Shown here piece by piece: positions 38,501 through 50,400 of a stretch of DNA of 64,000 nucleotides. Location: assembly GCA_008632985.1 (NCBI GenBank), contig QPGO01000001.1:1086404-1150403 (forward strand). Direction: 5' to 3'. The position numbers and the translations under genes are program-made. The DNA is from Psammoneis japonica (Eukaryota). Within the stretch, counting starts at the first letter, position 1, and every line of letters begins with the position of its first letter. The notes beneath the pieces were generated by a model that saw nothing but the letters and a program-made list of their open reading frames with translations, searched no databases and was not told the DNA's origin.

Positions 38501-40810
38501 TGCTGCCCTCAAGATGATCCCATTTGACATTCTTCCAATTTGGACTAAGCACCCGTTTGAACTGATCAAGAGCCACCCGCACCAGAACAATCTCATGATC
38601 CTAAGTCACTGAGCTCCATTCAGGGATTTCCTCCTGCTGCGGGCCATCATTTCCAACGTTGATGCCTCTCTTGATGATCCTGGTGAGCTGGATGTCTTTC
38701 TCAGCAACACCCAACATGGAGACCATCTGCACAGAAAGACGGTGGATGCTGGGGAAGACAAGAACAAGCAACACAAATTTGCTCAACAGAAGATTGTCAA
38801 ACGATTGCCATGATCCTCAAGGAACCAGACAGTCCTGCTCTTCATCTCAAGGACCCTCCCCAAGCACCCTGCGCGGTGTCTCCAGAACCAGAACCCGGCC
38901 AATCCTCCCCTTGCAGCTCCTCTTTAAGCCCTTGATTTGTCACCTAAAGACAAGGTGCCAGATCTGCCTCCAATTGTTGAGGAAACTCCAACGGAAAGCA
39001 ATCCTCCTCCTGCAGAAGAACCTGTGGAAACCATGGAGTGTTTTGTAAATGAGCTTGCTGCTGTGGAAATTCCTCTGGATGATGAGGCACAAGCACTGCA
39101 TGGTGTTCACAAAGCTTGCATCTACAGGATCAAGTTGTCACCCACCATTGCACAGACTTGACCATGCATTGTCTGTGGTGATGGCCACTTGTTCCATGAG
39201 TGCCCGGTCTTGAACAATGCTGAGCATCTACACACTTGTCTCATCTGATTCTTCCAATTCCTTCAATGTGACCAACGTGCCCAAGATGCACTTGAGGATG
39301 GCAAAACCAAAAAGGATTTTTCCTGGGGCCATTGTTGCGTTTGGACAAACAATGCTGCCCATCTCTTCCCAATCCAAAAACTCATGCAAGCGGGGCAACT
39401 GCAAAAGAGGGTCTAACAGACTCATTGCCTCCCACTGAAATGCCTCTTTCACATGTCTCATTCGCCAACCTTCTTTCAAACTTGTCGAAGGCCAGTGCTC
39501 TGGATCTCAAGACGATTGCAGATGATGACCCTGACACCAACAATCAGGAGAGGGGAACACCTTCTCATGAAGCCTTCATAGAAGAGACTGACATCCCCCC
39601 ATCCAGTGATCAAGACCAAGATTTTGAGCACCTTGACATGGCCACCAGCCAACACTTGTCACCTTTGAGTGCAGCACGCATCTCCCCAATTTTTTCTCCT
39701 CTGGAATCACCTGCAGTTTTTGAATCTTTGGCTGCTCCTGTCATCCCCATCAATCATGTGATGCATGATTCAACAACACACCACACACAAATTGATGCTG
39801 GTGCTTGGGCATCCTGTGCAGGTGACAAGCACCTCCTTCATGCCTGCACCCCATTTGGCCCAGACAATCCTTGTCCTTTGAAGATGCTCCCTGCTGCTGA
39901 AGGCTCTGACATGGTCCCTCATGGCTTTGGTCATTTGCAAGCACCTGCTGCAAATGCTGATGGTTTCCTTCTCATGCGCACCTTCCACCATCCCAGCCTG
40001 CGTTCCACCTTGATTGACAAACGCGACTTTACGCGGGCTTCTGGTTTTTGCACCAAAAACCATTTGCTCTGAGTCTCTTGAGAAGACTTGTGCTGATGGA
40101 ACTTGCACATTTGCTGCTTCGACTGATGCCCAAGAGGTGGTTGTCCATGGCATTCTCCGACATGGAAAGGTTTTTACCCAGCCCCCAGTCCCACCGTCTG
40201 TGAGCAATGCCTCTTTGACACCTGCAACACCTGACTCGACGTCGGTTGATGACATTGATGATGCATGCCAATGTGCAGTCTTCTGTGTCAACATTCAACA
40301 AACACCATCTGATCCTTGGATGACAGACACTGAGTTGTTTCCCATGCAATGCAATTCTGTTGCACACCCATCAACACCTTTGCCAAGTTCTGCCCCAGTC
40401 CGCTCTCTCACAGTCGAGACTGAACGTCTCCTTTGGCACCAATGCCTTGGACATCCCAGCGATCACTGTTTGTGTCATGCTCACAAGCACATCAAAGGGG
40501 TCCTAAGTTCTGCCATGCCAACCCAGTTCTTGACTGACAGGATTTGAACAGGATTTGGATGCGCGCGAAGTATCGCGCGCTGTTTAGTTTACCGCGCACA
40601 GTTTTGTGTGCTTTAGTTCCGCGCGTTCACGCGCGATGTAGTTTGCTTTCGAGCCACAAGGCTCACAAGAATAATAACAGTAGCCCGATTATACCGACTT
40701 ACCCGTCTTTCGGCTCCTGTGACGGTCTCTGAGCGGAGACTCATCTGCTATTTAGACAGCAGTAAGGAGTTATTGTTTGAATTCTTGCCATTTGCCTTCA
40801 ATTTCTGTCA

Positions 40811-40827
40811 GATTAACAGTCTTGCTC
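40811..40827 (+). promoter_or_regulatory. Putative primer-binding site complementary to a tRNA-Asn(GTT) anticodon arm
   Basis: gattaacagtcttgctc directly follows the LTR; its reverse complement GAGCAAGA-CTGTTAA-TC is an Asn anticodon loop with closing pairs. Confidence 0.6.
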
Positions 40828-41749
40828 ATTGTCAACCCATTGAGCAACCGCCATCGTCGTCGTTGATTTACCAACGACGCTATTTCAATTCTACGTGGAC
40901 CTCCGTATATATTCTACATACATCGGCAAGTCTACGCGCATTCAATACCAGGGCATCGGCAGGAAGTTAACGTCACCGTCAAGTCTCCTTACCGCTGGAT
41001 ATCTGGATTGATTATACCACCTTTGATCGCTGAAGACATACATTCAACGGTCATATCCAAGTCTATCCTTGATCCTCATCCCTTGATATACCTGTTCATC
41101 GGTTAACGGTCAAGAACCCTACATATTCAAGGATCTTCGTCGCTGAAGACATATATATATATACATGTCTTCACGGCCAAGAACCTGTACCCACTCTTCG
41201 GACTGCGGTTTTGCTGCCACTCTACAAGCACACCGAGTCCATTGTACCTGATCTACCCCGGACTACTGGTGCTCTACAGTTCCACTAGGTCCACGAGGAT
41301 GACTGTGAGAGCAAGCAGCCGTGATTGCAACCTGCGTTGGGGCGAGGGTGCTTTCCCGCGTTTGTTCGTTCGTCCACAGCGCCTGACGCCTGCGTCAACT
41401 GGCCAGCCTGATCGGGAAATCCAACCGACATAAAATAAGAACGGTTCGGGGGTCTTGTCCACCTCTGGTCAGCTCACCTGCAGGGGTTTACAACCCGCTG
41501 CTCCGCTCGCAAGCAACCCAAAGCGCCGCCAGCTGCGGGTTCGGACGTGCCGGCACAACTCTACGGACCGGATGGGAAGTTTAGCACTTGACAACGAACG
41601 GGATGACAAAGCCCGGCGACTTCTGATTTTAAGATGGTTCAAGATTTCAAGTCAAGTCCATTTCAAGTCAAGCCTGTTCTCACCCAAGTTTCGAGTCTGC
41701 CTTCGCTTCCCAACCCGAATTGATTGTCCTGACACCACTTTTGTCTGCC

Positions 41750-44700
41750 ATGGTTCTCACTCGTCAGCAACAAACCGATGGTTTCGAGCACGTTGTTGGA
41801 ACCGTGCTTGCCCAAGGTGCTGGGAGTCCTCTTCGTTTGGCTTTGGCCCAAGACAGCACAGACTCGCATCAGGAACTGTTCACGTTCACACCGTCCCAAA
41901 TCGACTCGCTTGAGTGCGACAACGGCACCAATGCAATCCCTTTGCCCCGTGGTTATAAGAACATGTCAGCAGCACCAGCTAGCCTGTGCATTGTCAAAGC
42001 ACACAAGGGTCTTGATGTTGCCAACAACTCCTCTTTGTTCACGCATGACGAGTTCCTTGCCCACTCGCCTCAGCCCGGACTGCATGTCCTCTGTGTCCAT
42101 CGGCAGCTCACCCCTTGCACCTCCACATGTCACCAACCCGACCAAGGCACGCGACCCGGTGCGAGACTTCAAGCGAGGCATCAAGCGTGATCCCACCGCT
42201 TTCACGGCTCTCAAATCCGACAAGCAGTGGCACACTTGGCACACCTCACTTGTGGCACAAGCCCGTGCCCAAGACGTCGAGTGCATTCTAGACTCGTCGT
42301 ACAAACCGACCAGCCCCGAAGACAAACTGCTCTTCACTGAACAGCAAAAGTGCATGTTCGCCGTCTTCGAACGCATCCTTCTCACCGACAAGGGCAAGGC
42401 TCTCATTCGCGAAAATGTGGGGTCTTCTGACGCACAGACCGTCTGCCGCTCCTTGTCTGAGTGCGCGCTTGCCTCCACCCGTGCATCTGTCGAGTCCTCC
42501 ACCCTGCTCACGCACCTCACCACCGCACGTCTTGGTGATGGCACTTGGAAAGGCCCGACCCACGGGTTCATCCTTCATTGGCAAGATCAGTTGCGCAAGT
42601 GCGAGGTGCTCATCCCTGCCAGTGACCACTTCTCTGAAGGACAGAAGCGCGTCATGCTCGAGAATGCCGTGCACCCTGTCGAGGAACTCCGTGCTGTCAA
42701 GAACCAAGCTGATCAGCACCGTGCGCAGAGTGGCAAGAGCCTCACATGCGATCAACACTGTGGCTTGCTCCTCTCCGCGGCAGCTCAGTGCGACAGCACA
42801 TTTCAACCCAAGACGACACCCAGAGCTCCCCGACGCGCCATGTGCGCACACGACGTCTACTCCGAGGAACCGTCCGACGATGTGTTCTACGACATTGACA
42901 GCGACGTTGACGTCCTTCAAGCCAATGCTGCCTGCACCCGCGGTCCCAGCCTCACCGGTGTCCAATGGAGACGTCTCCCTCCCGACCACCAACGGCTCTG
43001 GGATTCGTTGCCCGATTCCTCCAAGGCGATCATCCTTGAGCATTCTCGTCCGCCTCCCCGCAACCCGCGAGCCAGCAACTGCCATGAGTCTGTTACGGCC
43101 AACCTTCACGACCAACACCTTGGGAGTGACGGTGATGTCAACTTGTCCAACACGACTCCTGCTGACTGTGGTGACCCCGCTGCACATGTGGACGCCACTT
43201 CGGACAATCCCATCCTGGCGCACCTCACCAAGCGCAAGCCACTGCCACCCGGTGATCTGCAACGTCTGTTGTCTCCTAACCAAGCCCCCAATGCCAGTCG
43301 ACCGGGGCCATCCGCCGCTTCCTCTACCCCGCCAGCTTCTGCAGATAACACAGAACTTAACGGCCGCACTTGCCGCCGCGTTAACAACCACAATGTCATT
43401 TACTCTGCCTCTGCTCATCGCTCCACACGCACTGGCGCTCTAGTCGATCGTGGGCCAACGGCGGCATTGCTGGCGACGACGTTCGCGTCATCGCACGCAC
43501 CTCTCGCCAAGTCGACGTTCAGGGCATTGACGATCATCAATTGGTGGACATCCCCATTGTCACCGCTGGTGCCGTCATTGAGACCCAGCGTGGTCCCGTC
43601 ATCGCCATCCTCCATCAGTGCGCATGCACGGGAAAGGGCAAGACCATCCATTCCTGCGGCCAGCTCGAATGGCACAAACAGGATGTCAACGATCGCTCTG
43701 TCAAGGTGCCCAACGGCTTGCAACGCATTGCCACTCCTGATGGCCATGTCATCCCCATTGACATCAAGGCTGGCCTGCCTCATGTTGCCATGCGACCTTG
43801 CACTGACGCCGAATGGGACACCCTGCCCCATGTCATCCTCACCGGTGATGACACATGGGACCCTTCCGTCCTCGATCACTCTGTCACTGACGACGACCAG
43901 TGGTGCGACGCGATCTCTGACCTGCAGGACGATCCCACTGCCAACCCATTTGACGAATGCGGCAACTGCCGTCACCGTGTCGTTGTCAACGAGACCATCT
44001 TGTCCGCTTCCTTGTCTGCCGATCACGCGTCCGCCCTCGATGATCACCTCATTCCGAACGACGACGTGTTCTACGAGTGTCATCTGCATGCGATTGACCC
44101 CCAGGGCGATGACGTTCCACCTCCGGAGCGCACTGTACAGCCCAAGGACCCCCCCTTCGAGTCTCTTCGGCCTCACTTTGGCTTCCTACCTGCCGATGCG
44201 GTCCGTCGTACTTTTGACTGCACCACGCAGTACGCCCGCATGCCCGCCGGTACACACCTTCGCAAGGCCTGCAAATCACCCAACCCCGCCCTTAATGTGC
44301 ACCGCCGCAACGAGCCCATCGCCACTGACACCGTTTGTGCCGACACCCCGGCCGTCGACTCTGGTTGCACCAGCGCCCAACTGTTTGTTGGCACCGCGTC
44401 TACCGTCACTGACGTCTACGGCACTAAGACGGACAAAGAGTTTGTCAACACACTCGAGGATCAGATCCGTGAACGTGGTGCCCCATCCAAACTCATTAGC
44501 GACCGTGCTCAAGTTGAGATCAGCAACAAAGTGCTCGGGATCCTACGCGCCCTCTTCATCTCCAGCTGGCAAAGTGAGCCTCACCAGCAACACCAAAACT
44601 TTGCCGAGCATCGACACCAGACCGTGAAGCGCATGGCGAACACTGTCATGGACCGTTTTGGTTCACCCGCCCACACATGGCTGCTGGCGCTCATGTGCGT

Positions 44701-47420
44701 GTGCTTCACACTCAACCACACAGCGTCCCCACGTCTCCACTGGCGCACGCCCCTCGAGACTCTCACTGGATCCACCCCGGACATCAGCCCATTGCTTCGC
44801 TTTCACTGGTGGGAACCAGTGTGCTTCCACCTCGATGATTCCGATTGGCCGTCCGAATCCCGTGAGTTGCGTGGACGCTTCGTTGGCATTGCTGAGCACG
44901 TCGGCCACCAGATGACCTTCAAGATCCTATCTGACGAGACTCAGAAGATCCTCTGCCGGTCCAACGTTCGCTCCGCTACCCCCGATCCTGCCGTTCGAAA
45001 CCTGCGTCTTGATCCTCCTGATGGGGAGCCACCTGAACCCATCATCAAATCTCGCCATGACGACAACCCCGTCGATTCTCCTGATGGGGAGATCAGGACA
45101 CCCAAGATGCCAGTTTTCGATCCGCAAGACATCATTGGACGTACCTTCCTCATGCAGCCACAAGAGGACGGACAACGCCACAGAGCTCGCATCGTCAAGG
45201 CCGTCGAAGACCACGAATGGAAAGTGAACAGCAATCCCGAGCTCACTAAGTTCGTCTGCTCTGTCAACAATGACGAATGCGAGGAAGTCCTTGCCTGCAA
45301 TGACATCATGAATCACATTGAGCAAGAAGACGAAGACACCACCATTTGGAAATTTCGACGCATCGCATCACACGAAGGACCTCTGAAGCCTCACGACCCA
45401 ACCTGGAAAGGCTCAAGCTACAACATCATGCTTGAATGGGAAAGTGGGGAGATCACGTCCGAGCCTCTTGCCATCATCGCCAAGGACGACCCCGTCACCT
45501 GTGCCATCTGTGCACGAGAGAACGGACTCCTAGACACGGATGGCTGGAAGCGGTTCCGCACTATCGCGAGGCACCAAAAGAAGCTATTTCGCATGGCCAA
45601 CCAAGCCAAGCTTCGCTCCTTCCGCACTGCACCTCGCTACAAGTGCGGATGCGAAGTTCCCCGGAACTACAAACACGCCATGTCACTAGACGAACGCAAC
45701 GGCAACCGCAAGTGGGGAGACGCAACTAATCTCGAGATGGACCAACTCGACGAATACGAAGTCTTCCATGACTGCGGGCCCTTCAAGTCTTCCACTCCTC
45801 CTGCGGGACACAAGAAGATCCGAGCGCACCTGGTGTTCGACGTGAAACACGACGGTCGCCACAAGGCACGACTCGTAGCCGACGGGCACCTCACGGACGT
45901 ACCTGTCGACAGTGTCTACTCGGGGAGCAGTCTCCCTCCGTGGCCTTCGGCTGATGATTTTCCTGGCCGAACTCAACGAGCTGGAGACATGGGCCACCGA
46001 CATTGGCAATGCCTGCCTTGAAGCCACCACCAAGGAGAAGCTTTACATTGTAGCTGGACCCGAATTTGGCAAACTCGAAGGACACATCCTTGTCATCCAC
46101 AAGGCACTGTATGGACTGCGCAGCTCCGGTCTCCGCTGGCACGAGCGCTTCGCCGACTGCCTGCGAGCTGAAGGCTTCTTCCCCTGCCGCACCGAACCCG
46201 ACATTTGGATGCGCAGGAACGGCGACCACTGTGAATGCATTGGCGTTTATGTGGATGACCTCGCCATTGCCATGAAAGACCCTCAATCTTTCATCGACAC
46301 TCTCACGGAAAAGTGCAAGTTCAAGCTCAAGGGTGCAGGACCCATTGAGTTCCATCTGGGTTGCGACTTTTCCCGGGACCCCGACGGAACCTTGTGCCTG
46401 TCTCCGCGCAAGTACATCGAGCGCATGGTCGACAGCTGCGCCCGATTGTTTGGGGAGAAACCTGCCACCAACGCCCTGTCACCTCTAGAGAAGGGTGACC
46501 ACCCCGAACTGGACACTTCCGAACTGCTGGGACCCGATGGCATTCACAAGTTCCAGTCTCTTGTTGGTTCACTCCAATGGGCAGTGTCCCTTGGTCGAAT
46601 TGACATCACCACGGCTGTCATGTCACTCTCTAGCTTCCGAGCTGCACCCCGTCAAGGCCACTTGGATCGTGCCAAACGCGTCTGTGGGTGCCTCTCCAAG
46701 ATGCGACACGGTGCTCTCCGCGTTCGTACGGAAGAGCCCGACTGTTCGGATCTCCCTGCTCCGGCCTGTGAATGGATGCATTCCGTGTATGGTGAAGCAG
46801 AAGAGATGGTCCCGAAGGACGCTCCACCGCCCCTTGGCAAGTTCGTCACTACCACCCACTGCGTCGATGCAAACTTGTACCATTGCATGCTCACCGGACG
46901 CTCTGTCATGGGAATGCTCCACTTCCTCAACAAATTCCCGGCTGATTGGTTCTCCAAGAAACAAGCCATCGTGGAGACTGCAACCTGCGGATCTGAATTT
47001 GTTGCCGCAAGGAATTGTGTTGAGCAGATTGTCGACCTGCGCATCACCCTGCGCTGCCTTGGCGTCCCGATCCGTAATGTCAGTTGCATGTTCGGTGACA
47101 ACAAGTCGGTTGTAGACAGTGCCACCATCCCGCACTCCAAGTTACACAAGCGACACACCGCACTGTCGATCCACCGTGTGCATGAGGCAATTGCCTCTGG
47201 TCACCTTGAGTTCCACTTCATCGAAGGCTCCCGCAACCCTGCTGACATTCTCAGCAAGCATTGGGGTTGCTCCCAAATCTGGGACCTTCTCCGCCCCCTC
47301 ATGTTCTGGAACTTCATCCCATCCGAAGTCGAATCTGTTTCTGTAGCTCCTCAAGCAAACTGGGGAGTGACAGGATTTGAACAGGATTTGGATGTGCGCG
47401 AAGCATCGCGCGCTGTTTAG
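41750..47420 (+). pseudogene. Copia gag-pol polyprotein; three 1-nt frameshifts (about 42065, 43452, 45925), no internal stops, many Tyr->Cys/His changes
   Basis: FKRGIKRD (gag), LVDRG/ANGG (PR), ATDT..SDRA..FAE (IN D-D-E), HKARLVADG, KALYGL, VYVDDL (RT), VDANL, GSEF, GDNKSV, NPADILSK (RH). Confidence 0.93.
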
Positions 47421-50400
47421 TTTACCGCGCACAGTTTTGTGTGCTTTAGTTCCGCGCGTTCACGCGCGATGTAGTTTGCTTTCGAGCCACAAGGCTCACA
47501 AGAATGACAACAGCAGCCCGATTATGCCGACTCACCCGTCTTTCGGCTCCTGTGACGGTCTCTGAGCGGAGACTCATCTGCTGTTTAGACAGCAGCAAGG
47601 AGTCATTGTTTGAATTCTTGCCACCTGCCTTCAATTTCTGTCATTGACATTTGCCCCATGTGCATCCAAGCAAAGCAAGTCAAGACACCTGCTGGACCAA
47701 ATTCAACTTGAAAGGCAACTCAACAGAGCATCAAGGCCTTGCTGTGGATTTTGCTTTTGCCGGTCAGGCATCCAAGAATGAAGAATGCATGTCTGATTGT
47801 CTTGGCTGCAATGGTGAAATGTGTTGGATCACTGTCTACGACCACAAAACACGCATGCTTCATGGTGTTGCACGGATTTCTGAAGCCAGCCCTCTCAAGT
47901 GGCTTTGCCGATTTTTGGATCAACACTTGCCGAATTGTCATGACAAATGTGTGTTGGTGGACCAAGGTGGGGAATTGCACAAGAATCCCAAAGTTTGTGA
48001 CCTCTTTGAACAAGAATTCCAGCATGACATTTGTCCATCTGGTGCTGGCATGTCCAATCAATGCAACCCTGTTGAACGCTCACATTTGACTGTTGAGAAT
48101 GTGATTTGTGCAATTTCAATCGGCGCCAACCCCCCGATCAGATTCTGGCCCAGTGCTTTTTACCATTGCCTCCGTGTTAAGAATGCCACTCCTGCAAAAG
48201 ACCAAGATGCATCTCCTGTCACCCTTGCAACTGGGAAGGTTGAAGATTTTACTTCCTTGAAGACTTTTGGATGTTGAGTGTGGGCCAAATGGTCCACAAA
48301 ACGCTCTGCCACCTTCTGCTCCAATTCCAAGAAAGGTGCATTCCTTGGATGTCTCCAGAACACCCTGAAGAATGTTCTTTGGTGGGATCCAGAGACTGAC
48401 AAAGTCAAGACAGCCAAACATGCATGACATGACGAGGGCATGAATGACCTGTCTTTGGACCAACTTCTTCGAATGCCACCCAGTTGCAATGCATGGAAAA
48501 TGGCCAGCCTTTTCTGGCTGAAATGCAGGACACAACTGCTCCAATGTTTGCCTCTTCATCAAATCCTTTTGCCAACTTGCACCATGAAACGTCCTCCCAT
48601 GGACCCCACCCATGGTTTTGTTTTCTCCCAGTGCGCTCTCATGGACCATGACTGTGTCTCGGAAATCAAGCAGCGCAGTCCCGCGGCCTCCTTGTTCTCC
48701 TCTCTCCGTGCTGCTCAGAACAAGCTCATGGGTGCACACGTTATCTCCATCAACAAGCACAAAGTCTTTGCACCACAAGATGCTGAAAAAGCACTCCTGC
48801 AGGTCCACTGTGATGAGATTCCCACCTTTGAGATTGTTTTTGCACCTGAACGACATCTGGACCCTCGCACTCTTAATGAGGCTTTTGAGGAAGTGGAGTT
48901 GTTTGACCCTGATTCAAAGGAGGATGATTCCCATGTGCCTGAACTCAATTTGGAGGATGTGCGATCCATTGCAGCTGTCCTCCACCCTGATGATGATTTC
49001 TCTGATGAAGCTGTTCCAACAGATGTCTTTTGTGCTCATCTTCATGCTGTCAGTTCCCGTGCTGTCACTCCGGAAGAAGCTGCTCTTGATTGTCTTGCCC
49101 GTGCCAAGCTCCATAAACTTGAAACATGGCCGGAATGGGAAGAAGGAGAAAAGCGTCAATTGGACCAATTTTGCGCACTTGGTGTGCATGGTCCCCCGCA
49201 ACTGTGCCCTCCTGGAGTGAACGTCATGCATCCGCATTGGGACTGTGTGGCAAAACCAGATGGACAATGCCGTTCTCGACAATGTGGAGACGGACCCAAG
49301 TCAGCTGTGCCAGCGTTGCACAAACTGACTCCACGCATTCTTTGTGTGTGGAACGCTTGATCAAAAAGATGTTTTTTGCTCTCAGTGCTGCCATGTCCCA
49401 TTGAATTTTTGGCGGTGATGCCCGAGATGCACATGCTCATTCTGCTGGTCCTTCACAGCCGGTGTTTGTTGCCATTGATGATGCCTGTGCTGCATGGTGT
49501 GAAAGTCACTTTGGCATGAAAGCACCCCGCCATTGCATCCTCCCGCTTGAGCATGCTCTCCAAGGCCATCCCGAGGCTGGTGTCCTGTGGGAGAAGCACA
49601 TCAATTTGATTCCAGCCAGTGTGAAACTCCTCTTCTGCTGCACTGCTCATGACAAGTGCATCTGCTCTGGTGAATGTGATGGTGTCAAGGTTCTGTCACT
49701 CCATCAAGTTGATGATTTTGCACTTGCTTGTCCTTTGAGAAGATTGCAAAAGAGATCCATGATCACATTGGAAAGGCTCTCCAGATGGAGAATGAAGATG
49801 CTCCTCCGTTCAAGCATTTGGGCCCAGTCACCGCATTCAATGGTGTTGATGTCATTTAGAATGATGATTTGATTACAATCAACATTGCCAGCTGCCTTGA
49901 TTGTGTCTTCAAGACCCATGGATGGGATGCTCCTGCTGCAAATGAAACTGACACTGACTTCAAGGCTGCGCCTGTGCCGGTTGATTGCATTGCTGAGCTG
50001 TGTGCTGCTGAAGGCCCCGAGGAGGGCACTCCTGAGCATGATGCCCTTTCTGACTCCCACGGCTTTTCCTGCCACTCTGTCTTGGGTGAGTTGGTCTTTG
50101 CTTGTCAGTGTTGTTGCTTGGACATTGGCTGTCCCATTGTTGCCTTGTCCAAGTTCTCCAAGGCTCCGGCTGATGTCCACTGTGATTCTCTCAAATGCAT
50201 GGCTGAGTGTCTGCAGCGCACCAAAAATTGGGGTTTGACACACAAGAAGACTGAACGTGATCCGGGTCTGCCTCCCCATGACTTTGAATGGCTTGAGGAT
50301 GATCCATCCCTTCCTGGCTTCCCCCATGCTGATGATCCTTTTCAACTCCTTGGTTTTGTCAATGCAGCACATGCCAACGAACTGTGGCATCGTCAATCCA

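Larger units (their letters stand above)
40535..47643 (+). mobile_element. Young full-length CoDi-like Ty1/Copia retrotransposon
   Basis: 276-bp LTRs 40535-40810 and 47368-47643 (TGACA...TGTCA); perfect TSD ttgac (40530-40534 and 47644-47648); PPT ggggag. Confidence 0.97.

Noticed and set aside
41750..47420. ADAR-type RNA editing or an alternative genetic code explaining Tyr->Cys
   Set aside because: Both A->G and T->C occur on one strand, the LTRs differ from each other, non-coding DNA is affected, and host genes use Tyr normally.
40535..47643. Classical fungal RIP (CpA->TpA) acting on the 5' LTR
   Set aside because: Conserved Tyr codons became Cys/His, no TAA/TAG stops were gained, and old elements are TA-depleted rather than TA-enriched.
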